Shown: piece after piece, positions 47,852-56,823 of the stretch
Numbering within the stretch: position 1 is the first letter of the stretch
Layout of the letters: each line of letters opens with the position of its first letter
DNA from: Patescibacteria group bacterium
GTDB lineage: Bacteria > Patescibacteriota > Microgenomatia > UBA1400 > PJMF01
Length of the DNA: 64,000 nt
Assembly: GCA_045541795.1 (NCBI GenBank)
Contig: JAZQJV010000018.1
Location: 197,134-261,133, forward strand
Reading direction: 5' to 3'
The notes under the pieces: model-generated
Told to the model about the DNA's origin: nothing
The model's input: the letters and a program-made list of their open reading frames with translations, nothing else
Databases searched by the model: none
Translations under genes and position numbers: made by a program

Positions 47852-48658
47852 TCAAGACTGCTGCTTACCGGATGCATTAGGCTTTACAGCTGGATTTGGC
47901 CCAGTAACTGGTTTTTCATGCTGTTTTTTATCGAGGCGTACGGCCTGGCGCACCTGGAGAGCAAGTTTTGTCAGGCCAGAAGCGACAATCAGCTGATTTT
48001 GCGTAAACCGGCTCTGTTTTTGCAACTCATCTAGCTGTGGGATTAATTCATCTTCCACGAAATCTATTAATGGCTGATTGAGATCTACCGGATGCCCAGC
48101 CAAGATATTTTCCTGTTGCTGTTCGGCATAGACATTATAATATGCCACTTTTATTTCTTCTTCATGAGTTCGCTGGCGCTGGGCGATCAGATCAGTGTAG
48201 AGCTTTTGGAAAGCAATCGCCACGGGGCTAAAAACCACCAGAGACAACAGTGGGGAGTAATGAATCGGCCCAAAATCTGGTGTGGTCAGGTAAAAAAGTA
48301 CAAGCGTAGACAAAAATGATACGGCCGTGGGCAAGAGCGGACACACAAAAATCAGCAGTAAAAAATAAATCAGATACAGCGACACCAGCCAGCTACCATA
48401 GCCGCCGGTAGTACAAATCACCAAGGACAGCGCAAAACCAATCAAGGCCACCTCGATGGCTGAGTAAATATTTGTCCGGTCCTTATCAAAATGTAGCTCA
48501 ATTTGGTGATGGCGCACGTACATATTGACCAAGAAAAAAGCCGCCACACTCACCCCCAAAAACTGGAAAGTGTAGTTGCTTAGACTCGGCATCAGCGACA
48601 CCAGCCCACAAGCAAGGACAGAAAAAACGACGAGAGCAGTTTGGACAAATAAAATCAT
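47852..48658 (-). CDS. Hypothetical membrane protein
   Basis: Multiple TM helices with TGG..S; co-oriented with the upstream operon. Confidence 0.6.
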   Translation of the reverse strand: MILFVQTALVVFSVLACGLVSLMPSLSNYTFQFLGVSVAAFFLVNMYVRHHQIELHFDKDRTNIYSAIEVALIGFALSLVICTTGGYGSWLVSLYLIYFLLLIFVCPLLPTAVSFLSTLVLFYLTTPDFGPIHYSPLLSLVVFSPVAIAFQKLYTDLIAQRQRTHEEEIKVAYYNVYAEQQQENILAGHPVDLNQPLIDFVEDELIPQLDELQKQSRFTQNQLIVASGLTKLALQVRQAVRLDKKQHEKPVTGPNPAVKPNASGKQQS

Positions 48659-48661
48659 AGC

Positions 48662-50662
48662 CTAAAACTTTGCTGTGTAATTTACATCACCCGTGACTAC
48701 AATCTCTTCTTGATTGTCATTGACATCAATCAAGTGGGGCACCTCACGCAAGCCACCCTGCTGCCAGATCTGCAAACGGTAATTTTCGCTGTCCTCATAA
48801 GGCACGGTGTACTCCAAGTCAAGCTTGGTGGTGCTCTTAGGATTGAGTGAAAAATAGCCATCAATCACCGTGAAGCCATTCTCATCATAAGTCTCGGCCT
48901 CACCCTTAAAGCCTTTGGCGCTGATCAGCTTACTGCCCTCAGGCAAATACAGCCGGAACCAATCATTATTGACAGAATTGAGACACAGCAAACCCGCCTC
49001 CAAATTACAGTTATCGCCGGCTTGCGAATTGGTATAAGTAATGACCACGCGCTTGGTGAGTTCACCATTTTCTGGCGGCAACACGGTCTGCTCGACCTCA
49101 TAATCAATAAACAGATTTGACTTCGCCCCACCGAGGTTGGCATCCACAATTGCCATGAAATCAGAACCGTCCGTCGGTGGCGTCATCCGGCCAGCCAGGT
49201 TGATCATTTCCGCTGAGTTTTGTAGCTCGTCATCAATAAAGTAGGTCTGGATATGACGGCCGTCCATCAGCGCAATTAGCGTTGAGAATAGATCAGGGAA
49301 CTTATCCTTGCTAGCACCGTAGACCTTTTCCAGCATCGCCTTCATCATCGGGCCCAAAATTCCTTTACGATCTTCGCGGATATAAGGAGTGGGCCGAGTA
49401 ATGATCTCAGACAAAGCCACGATAATCTGCGGGGCATTATATTTGGCGTCCGGCTCCGTCGAAAATTCGCCATAACCTTCTACCTGGATCGGCCCTAAAA
49501 TATCAATCAACTGGGTCAGCACAAAAGTATCAATAGTAATGATCCCGTTAATATCCTGCGGCTCAGAATCAATAGTGGCGTAATACTCCATAAATGTATC
49601 CATCGACCGCTTAAAATCCGGATCAATATTCATGTCACGCAGATGCCAGTACTTTTCGGTGGTCAAATATTTACCCAATTTTTCCGGAATCTTGATCTTC
49701 TTGGCAAATTTCTTATCCAGCTCATAAATGTCATCAGACTTTTCTGGCACCACCTTACCATCTTCCACAAAGATAATCGCATAGGCCGTCAAAAAGCCAC
49801 CAGTTGGCCGCAGTTCATTATTATTCTGGAAAATCACTAGGTACTTCATCCGTTCGCCCGTACCACCGGCCATTTCCGGGATCTTATCCAGGATGGGACG
49901 GTATTCTTTGGCAGTGGCAATGGCGCCAGCCAGTTGTTTCTTGCCATCCACCAACTGACTGCGAAGCGGCATGCCTGCCAACTCACTGTGGCCGGTATTA
50001 TTGAGTACTAGACTTGCCCACGGCAATTCACCGACTTTTTCCGGATACTTTTGCAAGTCAATTTCATCCAATCGCGCCGCGATTGAGTCAAGACCAGTGA
50101 TCACTTCATCCAGTTGAGGGCCAATAATTTGCAATGTATCCAGCAAACGCTTGACGCGGTCTTCAGTTGTATCGTCACCGTCCTCACCTTCCTCCTTGGT
50201 AAAGCCCAACATTTCCGCCGCCGGCTCCACAATCTCAATGATGTGATCTGCTAAATCAATTCCTTCGTCGCCGGCTTGCAATAAGACCAGACCGTCCTCA
50301 TAATACCTGCCGTAGCCAGTAAAATTCATCAGCGGCCGCAAATCCTCATAGCGCCTCTTGGTATACTCGTAACTCGTCTTGGTATCCGCTAAAAGCGTCC
50401 GCGTGCCCTCCAGGTCTTGAGCTTTAAAGGCATCATAAGCCATCTGGGCGCGCACGTAAGTGTCAGTAGCCTGACGACGGAATTTATCCACGCTATCTTT
50501 AAGTGATAATACCACTGTTAAGATGATGGCCAGCGCAAAAATCACCACTGCCAGCAAGCCGACGATTATCCAGCCCCACCAAGGCAAAGAAAAAAAACCG
50601 CCCGACTTTTTTTTAGCCGATCCTAAGTTACTTTTACTAGCACCAAAAGATAACTTTTCCAT
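48662..50662 (-). CDS. DUF4012 domain-containing protein
   Basis: YLVIFQNNNELRPTGGF, LRDMN.DPDF, VDANLGGAKSN; N-terminal TM. Confidence 0.85.
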   Translation of the reverse strand: MEKLSFGASKSNLGSAKKKSGGFFSLPWWGWIIVGLLAVVIFALAIILTVVLSLKDSVDKFRRQATDTYVRAQMAYDAFKAQDLEGTRTLLADTKTSYEYTKRRYEDLRPLMNFTGYGRYYEDGLVLLQAGDEGIDLADHIIEIVEPAAEMLGFTKEEGEDGDDTTEDRVKRLLDTLQIIGPQLDEVITGLDSIAARLDEIDLQKYPEKVGELPWASLVLNNTGHSELAGMPLRSQLVDGKKQLAGAIATAKEYRPILDKIPEMAGGTGERMKYLVIFQNNNELRPTGGFLTAYAIIFVEDGKVVPEKSDDIYELDKKFAKKIKIPEKLGKYLTTEKYWHLRDMNIDPDFKRSMDTFMEYYATIDSEPQDINGIITIDTFVLTQLIDILGPIQVEGYGEFSTEPDAKYNAPQIIVALSEIITRPTPYIREDRKGILGPMMKAMLEKVYGASKDKFPDLFSTLIALMDGRHIQTYFIDDELQNSAEMINLAGRMTPPTDGSDFMAIVDANLGGAKSNLFIDYEVEQTVLPPENGELTKRVVITYTNSQAGDNCNLEAGLLCLNSVNNDWFRLYLPEGSKLISAKGFKGEAETYDENGFTVIDGYFSLNPKSTTKLDLEYTVPYEDSENYRLQIWQQGGLREVPHLIDVNDNQEEIVVTGDVNYTAKF

Positions 50663-50703
50663 GAATATATTGTACCACAAATTTCCCAAAGTTGTCACGC
50701 AAT

Positions 50704-51900
50704 TTACAGATCCTCGCTGATCACATTGGTCAGTGCTGGTCTTTTTGGCGGCACGAAGGTCTTTTTTGCAGCCGGACTGTGTGGATCAATTTTGGCTTGA
50801 TGGCTCCGGCGTGCGGTCAAGATCAGTTCATAAATCTTGACGGGAGCGTCCTGGGCTCGCTCAAGAGCGGCGAGCTTAGCGGCTAGCTCATCTTGCCGCA
50901 ATTCCAGCTCCCGGATCAAACTTAAAAGCTCGAGGGGGCTCAAGGTTTTCTGGCTACGGCACAAAGCTGCGCCAATATCAGCAATGCTCAAGGCATTCCT
51001 TTCCTGCTCACGGTAATTTGCTTGCGGCAGCGGGATAAATAAGGTAGGAATTTGAAATGCAGTGAGTTCTGCCACCGTATTGGCGCCAGCACGAGACACC
51101 GCAAAATTAATCCGCGGATAAAAATAAGCCAATTCCTCTTCACTCAAAAATTCTCGACAATAATAATTGTGCGTGACGATGTGATGTCCCTCCAAAAAGC
51201 TCTCCATCTTGCCTTGAGGATCATTGGTGCTGCTGGCACGCCCTACCTGATGAATAATAATGTAATCAGGATCAAGCTGCTCAATAATAGGCGCAAGAAG
51301 ATCATTAATCGGCTGAGCGCCTTGAGAACCTCCGGCCACGTACAGGATCGGCTTGGCCTGAGCCGGGGTAAACCAATCTGGGCGGGAAGCAGTTTCATCC
51401 CACAACTCAGATCGCAGCGGATTGCCAGTCAGCGTGGTTTTTTGAATATAAAAAGGGACTTTGGTGCGCGGCAGCGACACTGCAGTGTGATCTGCCAAAA
51501 GACCGATCAACCGGTTAGCACGACCCAGCACACAAGTCTGCTCGTGAGTAATGAGAGTAAGGTTTCTTTTTTTGGCCGCCAGCGCAAACGGTACTCCCAA
51601 GTACCCGCCAAAACTCAGTACCGTGTCTACGCCACGTGTATCAATAATTTGGCCAGCCGTCTCCACGGTGGCGTGGAAGGTGAACGGATTAAAGCTCCCA
51701 GTTTTTTGCCCATCAAAAGGAATAAATTCAATACCAAGTTCCTCCATCTTTGCTCGCTCCCACGACTTCTGGCCTGTGGCAACTTGCGCATATTCACGCC
51801 CCACGTAAATAACTTCCTCCTCGGGGTGATGCTTCGATAGCCAGCTGATAAAAGCTTGGGCTGGCGTCAAGTGTCCGCCGGTAATTAAAATTTTAGACAT
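50704..51900 (-). CDS. murG: Undecaprenyl-PP-MurNAc-pentapeptide GlcNAc transferase
   Basis: ITGGH, FGGY, HEQT..LG.AN, TGNPLR, GGSQGA, SRAGANT, EQERNA. Confidence 0.93.
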   Translation of the reverse strand: MSKILITGGHLTPAQAFISWLSKHHPEEEVIYVGREYAQVATGQKSWERAKMEELGIEFIPFDGQKTGSFNPFTFHATVETAGQIIDTRGVDTVLSFGGYLGVPFALAAKKRNLTLITHEQTCVLGRANRLIGLLADHTAVSLPRTKVPFYIQKTTLTGNPLRSELWDETASRPDWFTPAQAKPILYVAGGSQGAQPINDLLAPIIEQLDPDYIIIHQVGRASSTNDPQGKMESFLEGHHIVTHNYYCREFLSEEELAYFYPRINFAVSRAGANTVAELTAFQIPTLFIPLPQANYREQERNALSIADIGAALCRSQKTLSPLELLSLIRELELRQDELAAKLAALERAQDAPVKIYELILTARRSHQAKIDPHSPAAKKTFVPPKRPALTNVISEDL

Positions 51901-53014
51901 ATTTCCTCCTTGTGTACATAGTTTGCTTGTCGTCACTTGACAACTGGCTAAAATTTGCCACTACTCCGGTCAAAAGTAAGGTCGCCATCAGTGAAGAACC
52001 GCCATAAGATAAAAACGGCAATGTGATCCCAGTCAGCGGCGTGACGCCAGAAATTGCTGCCAAATTTACAAAAATTTGTGACACTAAACTCACAAAAATC
52101 CCGTAAACAATCAGCTGCTGCTCACGTGACAGCGCGCCAGCACTCCCGATCCACACGATCGTGCCCAAAAAACACATATAAATGAAAAAAACTACCAGCA
52201 CACCCATAAATCCCACCTCCTCGCTCAAAATCGCAAAAATGGAATCGGTGTGGACTTCTGGTAAATAGCGAAATTTCTGACGTGACTGACCAATACCTTG
52301 GCCAAAAAGCCGCCCACGGCCGATCGCGTACTGAAGCTGTTTGACGTGATAATCATCTATATTTTCCGCACTGACATTATCCTGCATACCAGACATATAC
52401 ACGCCGATCCGCTCGCGTCTGTAAGGACTCGCAAAAATTAATATCAGCCCCGCCGTCAAGCACAAGAGCACCACCTTAGACACTTGCCAGAGGCTCGCGC
52501 CCGCCAAAAAATAACTCATTAAAGCTGGCGCCGCAATAATCATCAACGATCCAAAATCTTTTTGCGCCAAAAGTAGTGCCGCCGGGGGTAAAAGCCAGCC
52601 CAAAAAGATCCTTTCGTCATGAGTTTGCAGCGTCAGGTGAGCGAAAAAAATGATAAACGCGAGCTTGGCGAACTCACTAGTTTGTACCGATATACCGGCA
52701 ATTTCTATCCAGCGTTGGGCGCCGTGACTCGCATCGCCCCAAAATAAAGGTAAAGCGAGTAGCACCAGCCCGCCAAAATACACTAGCCGCGGCCAGTGCG
52801 TGTACCAATCAGACGGTACCACAAAACCAGCAATACCAGCCAAAATCAGCCCGCCAGCCATCATCAGGAGTTGATGCTTCACCACAAAATAAGGATCATC
52901 GCTAAAAAGTCTCTCCAGAGAAGTCGTCGCCGAGACATCAAAAATCAACAGTACGCCCAAAGCTAAAAGGATCACCGTCAAAAGTAATAATAAACGCGTT
53001 TTCGGCTTCAACAT
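51893..53014 (-). CDS. ftsW: FtsW/RodA SEDS family peptidoglycan polymerase
   Basis: GAQRWI, QTSEFAK, QKDFG, YLPEVHTDSIF, EEVG, GITLPFLSYGGSS; between mraY and murG. Confidence 0.88.
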   Translation of the reverse strand: MLKPKTRLLLLLTVILLALGVLLIFDVSATTSLERLFSDDPYFVVKHQLLMMAGGLILAGIAGFVVPSDWYTHWPRLVYFGGLVLLALPLFWGDASHGAQRWIEIAGISVQTSEFAKLAFIIFFAHLTLQTHDERIFLGWLLPPAALLLAQKDFGSLMIIAAPALMSYFLAGASLWQVSKVVLLCLTAGLILIFASPYRRERIGVYMSGMQDNVSAENIDDYHVKQLQYAIGRGRLFGQGIGQSRQKFRYLPEVHTDSIFAILSEEVGFMGVLVVFFIYMCFLGTIVWIGSAGALSREQQLIVYGIFVSLVSQIFVNLAAISGVTPLTGITLPFLSYGGSSLMATLLLTGVVANFSQLSSDDKQTMYTRRKYV

Positions 53015-53086
53015 ACCGTATTTTACCACGTTTTTGCCGCTTTATGCTAGTCAGTTTACCGGTATTTATACTGTGGCCAAGCTGCA

Positions 53087-54136
53087 CTAAATTAAAGTCA
53101 CCCAGATACCAAAAAGCGTGAGTACAATTTGCAGCAGCCAAAAACGCTGTACAATTTTTGGCTCCGACCAGCCGATTTTTTGAAACAGCAAATGCAGCGG
53201 CGCCACCGGGAAAAATTTTCGTTTGAGGAAGCGCTTAGACAAAAGCTGTACCAACGACGTAAAAATCTCCACTACAAAAATCCCGCCAATTACTACCAGC
53301 GCCGTCGGCTTGCCGATCAGCAGTCCCATCACGGCAAAAATAGCGCCAAAAGATAATGCGCCCACATCACCCAAAAAAATCCGTGCCGGATACACATTAA
53401 AGTACACAAATGTGATCAAACTGCCGATAAAAAGCGTAATAAAAAGCGACAGCGGCCCGTCAAGCTTGGTGGTAGACAGTGAAGAGATCAGCCATAGTCC
53501 AAAAAGGGAAATCAGCATAATTCCCCCGGCCAGCCCGTCAAGGCCATCGGTAATATTCACGGCATTGGTAAAGGCCACGATCACAAACGCGGCAAACGGC
53601 ACATACAGCCAGCCCAGATACAGCTGTCCGATAAAAGGAATATTGACAAAATTTATCCCTAGCGAAAAGTACAGCGTACAGGCGATAATCAAGGCCAAAA
53701 GGATCTGGATCGTGAGTTTTTGCGGCATGCGCATCCCAAAAAAACCAGTCTTTTGGAAGCCAAAAAACTTCTTGACGTCATCATAAAGTCCCAGCGCGCC
53801 AAAAGACAAAAACGTAAAAATCAGCACCCCAATTTCTGCCGATTTATTAGTGTAATTAAAAGTCATGTTTAAATTGAGCACATCAATTAAAAGCATCGCC
53901 AAAAGCATCAGGATGCTCACTACCAAAATCACCAAAATCCCTCCGCCTACCGGCGTCCCGGCTTTTTTGGCATGAAATTTATCAAAAATCGGCGTCGGCC
54001 GGCCAAAAGGATCAATGGTTTTTTGTCGGGCTCTTTTAAAATTTAACTTGTAAAGCAAATCAATAAACGGCACGATCAGTACCATCGAAATCGACAAGCT
54101 CAAAAACAAAAAACCAAAATACAAAGCATTCGTCAT
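53087..54136 (-). CDS. mraY: Phospho-N-acetylmuramoyl-pentapeptide transferase
   Basis: KAGTPVGGG, LYDD, NAVNITDGLDGL, PARIFLGDVG, APLHL. Confidence 0.95.
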   Translation of the reverse strand: MTNALYFGFLFLSLSISMVLIVPFIDLLYKLNFKRARQKTIDPFGRPTPIFDKFHAKKAGTPVGGGILVILVVSILMLLAMLLIDVLNLNMTFNYTNKSAEIGVLIFTFLSFGALGLYDDVKKFFGFQKTGFFGMRMPQKLTIQILLALIIACTLYFSLGINFVNIPFIGQLYLGWLYVPFAAFVIVAFTNAVNITDGLDGLAGGIMLISLFGLWLISSLSTTKLDGPLSLFITLFIGSLITFVYFNVYPARIFLGDVGALSFGAIFAVMGLLIGKPTALVVIGGIFVVEIFTSLVQLLSKRFLKRKFFPVAPLHLLFQKIGWSEPKIVQRFWLLQIVLTLFGIWVTLI

Positions 54137-54137
54137 A

Positions 54138-55469
54138 TTACTCCTGCACCCTCTCGATCGTCCCGCCCAAAGCTGCTAATTTCGCATCCAAGCGCTCATA
54201 ACCTCGGTCAATCTGCTCAATATTGGTGAGAGTCAACTGTCCGTTACCAGCCAAGCCAGCCAACATTAGTGTCGCCCCGGCACGCAGATCATGCACACTC
54301 ACTTCTAGCTTGCCGCCAAGCTGAGTCCGGCCTCTAATCCGTAAAGCGTGGCAGGCGTCGGGCCGATCATCACTCAAATTAAAGTTATACGTCCGCTCCC
54401 GGTTAGCTACTTCCGGCTGGAAAATTTCCAGATCCGCTCCCATTGCTCGAAGCGCCTCCACGTACTGGAAACGCTGCTGCATCACCGTCTCATGGATTAC
54501 ACTCACGCCCTCGCACTGGGTCAAAAGCATCGCCATCAGGGGCTGCCAATCGGTCATAAAGCCCGGATGAATACCAGTAGTAATATCAGTGGCACGCAGA
54601 CGGTCATAATAAAAGAAGCGCACGCCAAACTCGCCCACTTCATAACCAGCTCCAATTTCGGCCAGCTTCGCCAAAAAAGCCGTCAAATCCGCAGCCCGGG
54701 CGTTTTCTACGATCACGTCCCCCCGTGTCGCCAGTGCCGCGCAGGCATAAGAAATCGTCTCATTGCGATCCGGCATGATTTTATAAATCGTCCCGTAAAG
54801 CTCCCGCACCCCGTGGATCTGATAAGTGCGCGGCCGGATGAGGCGGATCTGTGCCCCGCAACTATTGAGAAAATGTACCAAGTCCAAAACCTCTGGTTCT
54901 ACGGCCGCATTTTCCAAGATCGTCGTCCCGGAGGCGACTGCCGCCGCCATCAGTAAGGTTTCCGTGCCGGTATGTGAGTTTTTGGCAAAACGGTAATTAC
55001 CGCCTACAAAATGTCCCGCCGGCAAACTAGCCTCTACCAAGCCGTGGGCGACTTCCAGTTTTACTCCCAACTGCTCCAAGCCCAAAAAATGCCTTTCAAG
55101 CGGTCTTTTACCAATCTTATCGCCTCCAGGAAGCGGCACGCGCGCTCGGCCAAACTTGCTCAAAAGCACCGGTAAAAATGCCACGCTCGAGCGCGAAAAC
55201 TCACCTTTGCTTTCGTCAATTTCGGCCACATTCAAACCCGCTGGATCAATCCAGAGCATTCGCTCACCACGATTTTCCACCCGCGCGCTCAAACTTTTGA
55301 TCAGCTCGGCCACAAAAGACACGTCAGCGATATGCGGGAGATTGAGTAGAGTGGAGGGGCTGCGCGCCAAAAGTGACGCAATCATGATTTTCCAGGATGA
55401 ATTTTTTGCTCCGCCCACCCGCACGCTGCCGCGAAGAGGTGTACCGCCAGTAATGACCAATTTTTCCAT
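54138..55469 (-). CDS. murA: UDP-N-acetylglucosamine 1-carboxyvinyltransferase
   Basis: GAKNS, LPGGDKIGKRP, NAAVEPE, PDRNE, PGFMTDWQP, DLRAGA, IDRGYE. Confidence 0.95.
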   Translation of the reverse strand: MEKLVITGGTPLRGSVRVGGAKNSSWKIMIASLLARSPSTLLNLPHIADVSFVAELIKSLSARVENRGERMLWIDPAGLNVAEIDESKGEFSRSSVAFLPVLLSKFGRARVPLPGGDKIGKRPLERHFLGLEQLGVKLEVAHGLVEASLPAGHFVGGNYRFAKNSHTGTETLLMAAAVASGTTILENAAVEPEVLDLVHFLNSCGAQIRLIRPRTYQIHGVRELYGTIYKIMPDRNETISYACAALATRGDVIVENARAADLTAFLAKLAEIGAGYEVGEFGVRFFYYDRLRATDITTGIHPGFMTDWQPLMAMLLTQCEGVSVIHETVMQQRFQYVEALRAMGADLEIFQPEVANRERTYNFNLSDDRPDACHALRIRGRTQLGGKLEVSVHDLRAGATLMLAGLAGNGQLTLTNIEQIDRGYERLDAKLAALGGTIERVQE

Positions 55470-55487
55470 ATGCTATATTATACCACA

Positions 55488-55512
55488 AAAAAGCCCGCCA
55501 AAAAGCGGGCCT
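55488..55512 (-). terminator. Intrinsic terminator of the 55558-56289 gene
   Basis: GCCCGC...GCGGGC followed by a T tract on the minus strand. Confidence 0.6.
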
Positions 55513-55557
55513 CAATCCTTAATTACCCAATTACCAATGTCACACGCCTGTCACTGC

Positions 55558-56289
55558 TTACCAGTCCCAGGCACGAGATGTCGTGCCAGTTTTCTGATAT
55601 GTGTCTTCCGGCTCAGCTTCAGCAGGTGTCGGTTGACGATCCAGAAGGCTGTCGCGAAACTGGGTGGTAGACTGATCAGCTCGAGCGGGCGTACCAATCC
55701 TTTCGGCGCCGCCAAAAAGCACCGCTTTTTCCTCGCTCGTCACCAGATCCACGTCATCCAAGTCATCACCAGGCAGATCATCGCCGGCATGAGCGTTGGC
55801 CACCGCATCTATGACTTCCTTATAGTCAGGATGCGCACCGTCGTATTCTGCCTGACATGCCGCTTCCTGAGCCTGCACGGACATGCGGGTGATGGTAATA
55901 TGAAATCCCAGCGGCGTCACCTCTACCGGCACCACCGCAAAAAGCCTCCCCACCTCATTGAGCCTGCTCGTAAAAATAGAGCACACTGCCGTCGGTATTT
56001 CTGGCCAGACTGTCTCCAGGAACTTATCCCGGATGCTTTCCATGTCAATGATTTTACTGAGTATCTCCGGGCGAGATACCGTACCTTCCTGACCATTGAC
56101 TGCAAACGTATCTCTGCGCCGACTGACCAAAAAATCTGTCAGCCCAAACTCGCACATCTGATTGATGCAGACGTCCACGATCTGCGCCGCCGTCATTGTA
56201 GACGTCACCGGGTAAGTGCCCACTAATTCCTGTGCCTCAAGGAGTCTGCAAGCTACCTCACGCAAGTCATCTGACTTTGTCATTACCAT
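55558..56289 (-). CDS. Hypothetical protein
   Basis: 243-aa ORF with GGAGG RBS, extended promoter copy (56330-56368) and terminator. Confidence 0.65.
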   Translation of the reverse strand: MVMTKSDDLREVACRLLEAQELVGTYPVTSTMTAAQIVDVCINQMCEFGLTDFLVSRRRDTFAVNGQEGTVSRPEILSKIIDMESIRDKFLETVWPEIPTAVCSIFTSRLNEVGRLFAVVPVEVTPLGFHITITRMSVQAQEAACQAEYDGAHPDYKEVIDAVANAHAGDDLPGDDLDDVDLVTSEEKAVLFGGAERIGTPARADQSTTQFRDSLLDRQPTPAEAEPEDTYQKTGTTSRAWDW

Positions 56290-56548
56290 TGTTATTTACC
56301 TCCAAAATTTTAAGGATCAAATATATTATATTATATCACACTTTATTAATTTTGTCAAGAGGCAATTTTACCTGGTAAATAGGCATAATTTCGTAATTGA
56401 TGTATTTTACAGACAATTATAAAAACTGACAAATTACCACTTTTTCGTACACCCGAGCAAGCAAAAGCCAAAATCCGTACGCACTGATACATAAAATTGG
56501 TCAAAAATTGCTGGGTAAATTTAAAATTATAACTGCTAAAATAGTGCT

Positions 56549-56779
56549 ATGACAAAAAAAATCTCCATGTGTACAACAATTACTCTCTTGGTTTTGGCCC
56601 TGGCTACGACCGCCTCCACGCACTCACTGACCCCAAAAAAATCGCTGCGCCCCGGGCAAACTCCAGTCAAAAAAACGACACTTACCAGGCACACTCGCCA
56701 CAGCCTAGAAAAGTTGGAAGTGACACCAGAGCCGGCAGTAAGCATTAGTAATGACAATTTGCGTGCCGCCAGCGAGTAA
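56549..56779 (+). CDS. Small putative secreted protein
   Basis: Signal-peptide-like N-terminus; ATG 6 nt after TAAAAT. Confidence 0.4.
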   Translation: MTKKISMCTTITLLVLALATTASTHSLTPKKSLRPGQTPVKKTTLTRHTRHSLEKLEVTPEPAVSISNDNLRAASE

Positions 56780-56823
56780 TTTGGAGTAAAAAAAAGTTTG
56801 AAGAAGATTTAAATAAAGGACAC

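Noticed and set aside
55156-56226. 356-aa plus-strand ORF and other long antisense ORFs (e.g. 51052-51840, 8413-9192)
   Set aside because: Shadow ORFs opposite well-supported genes.
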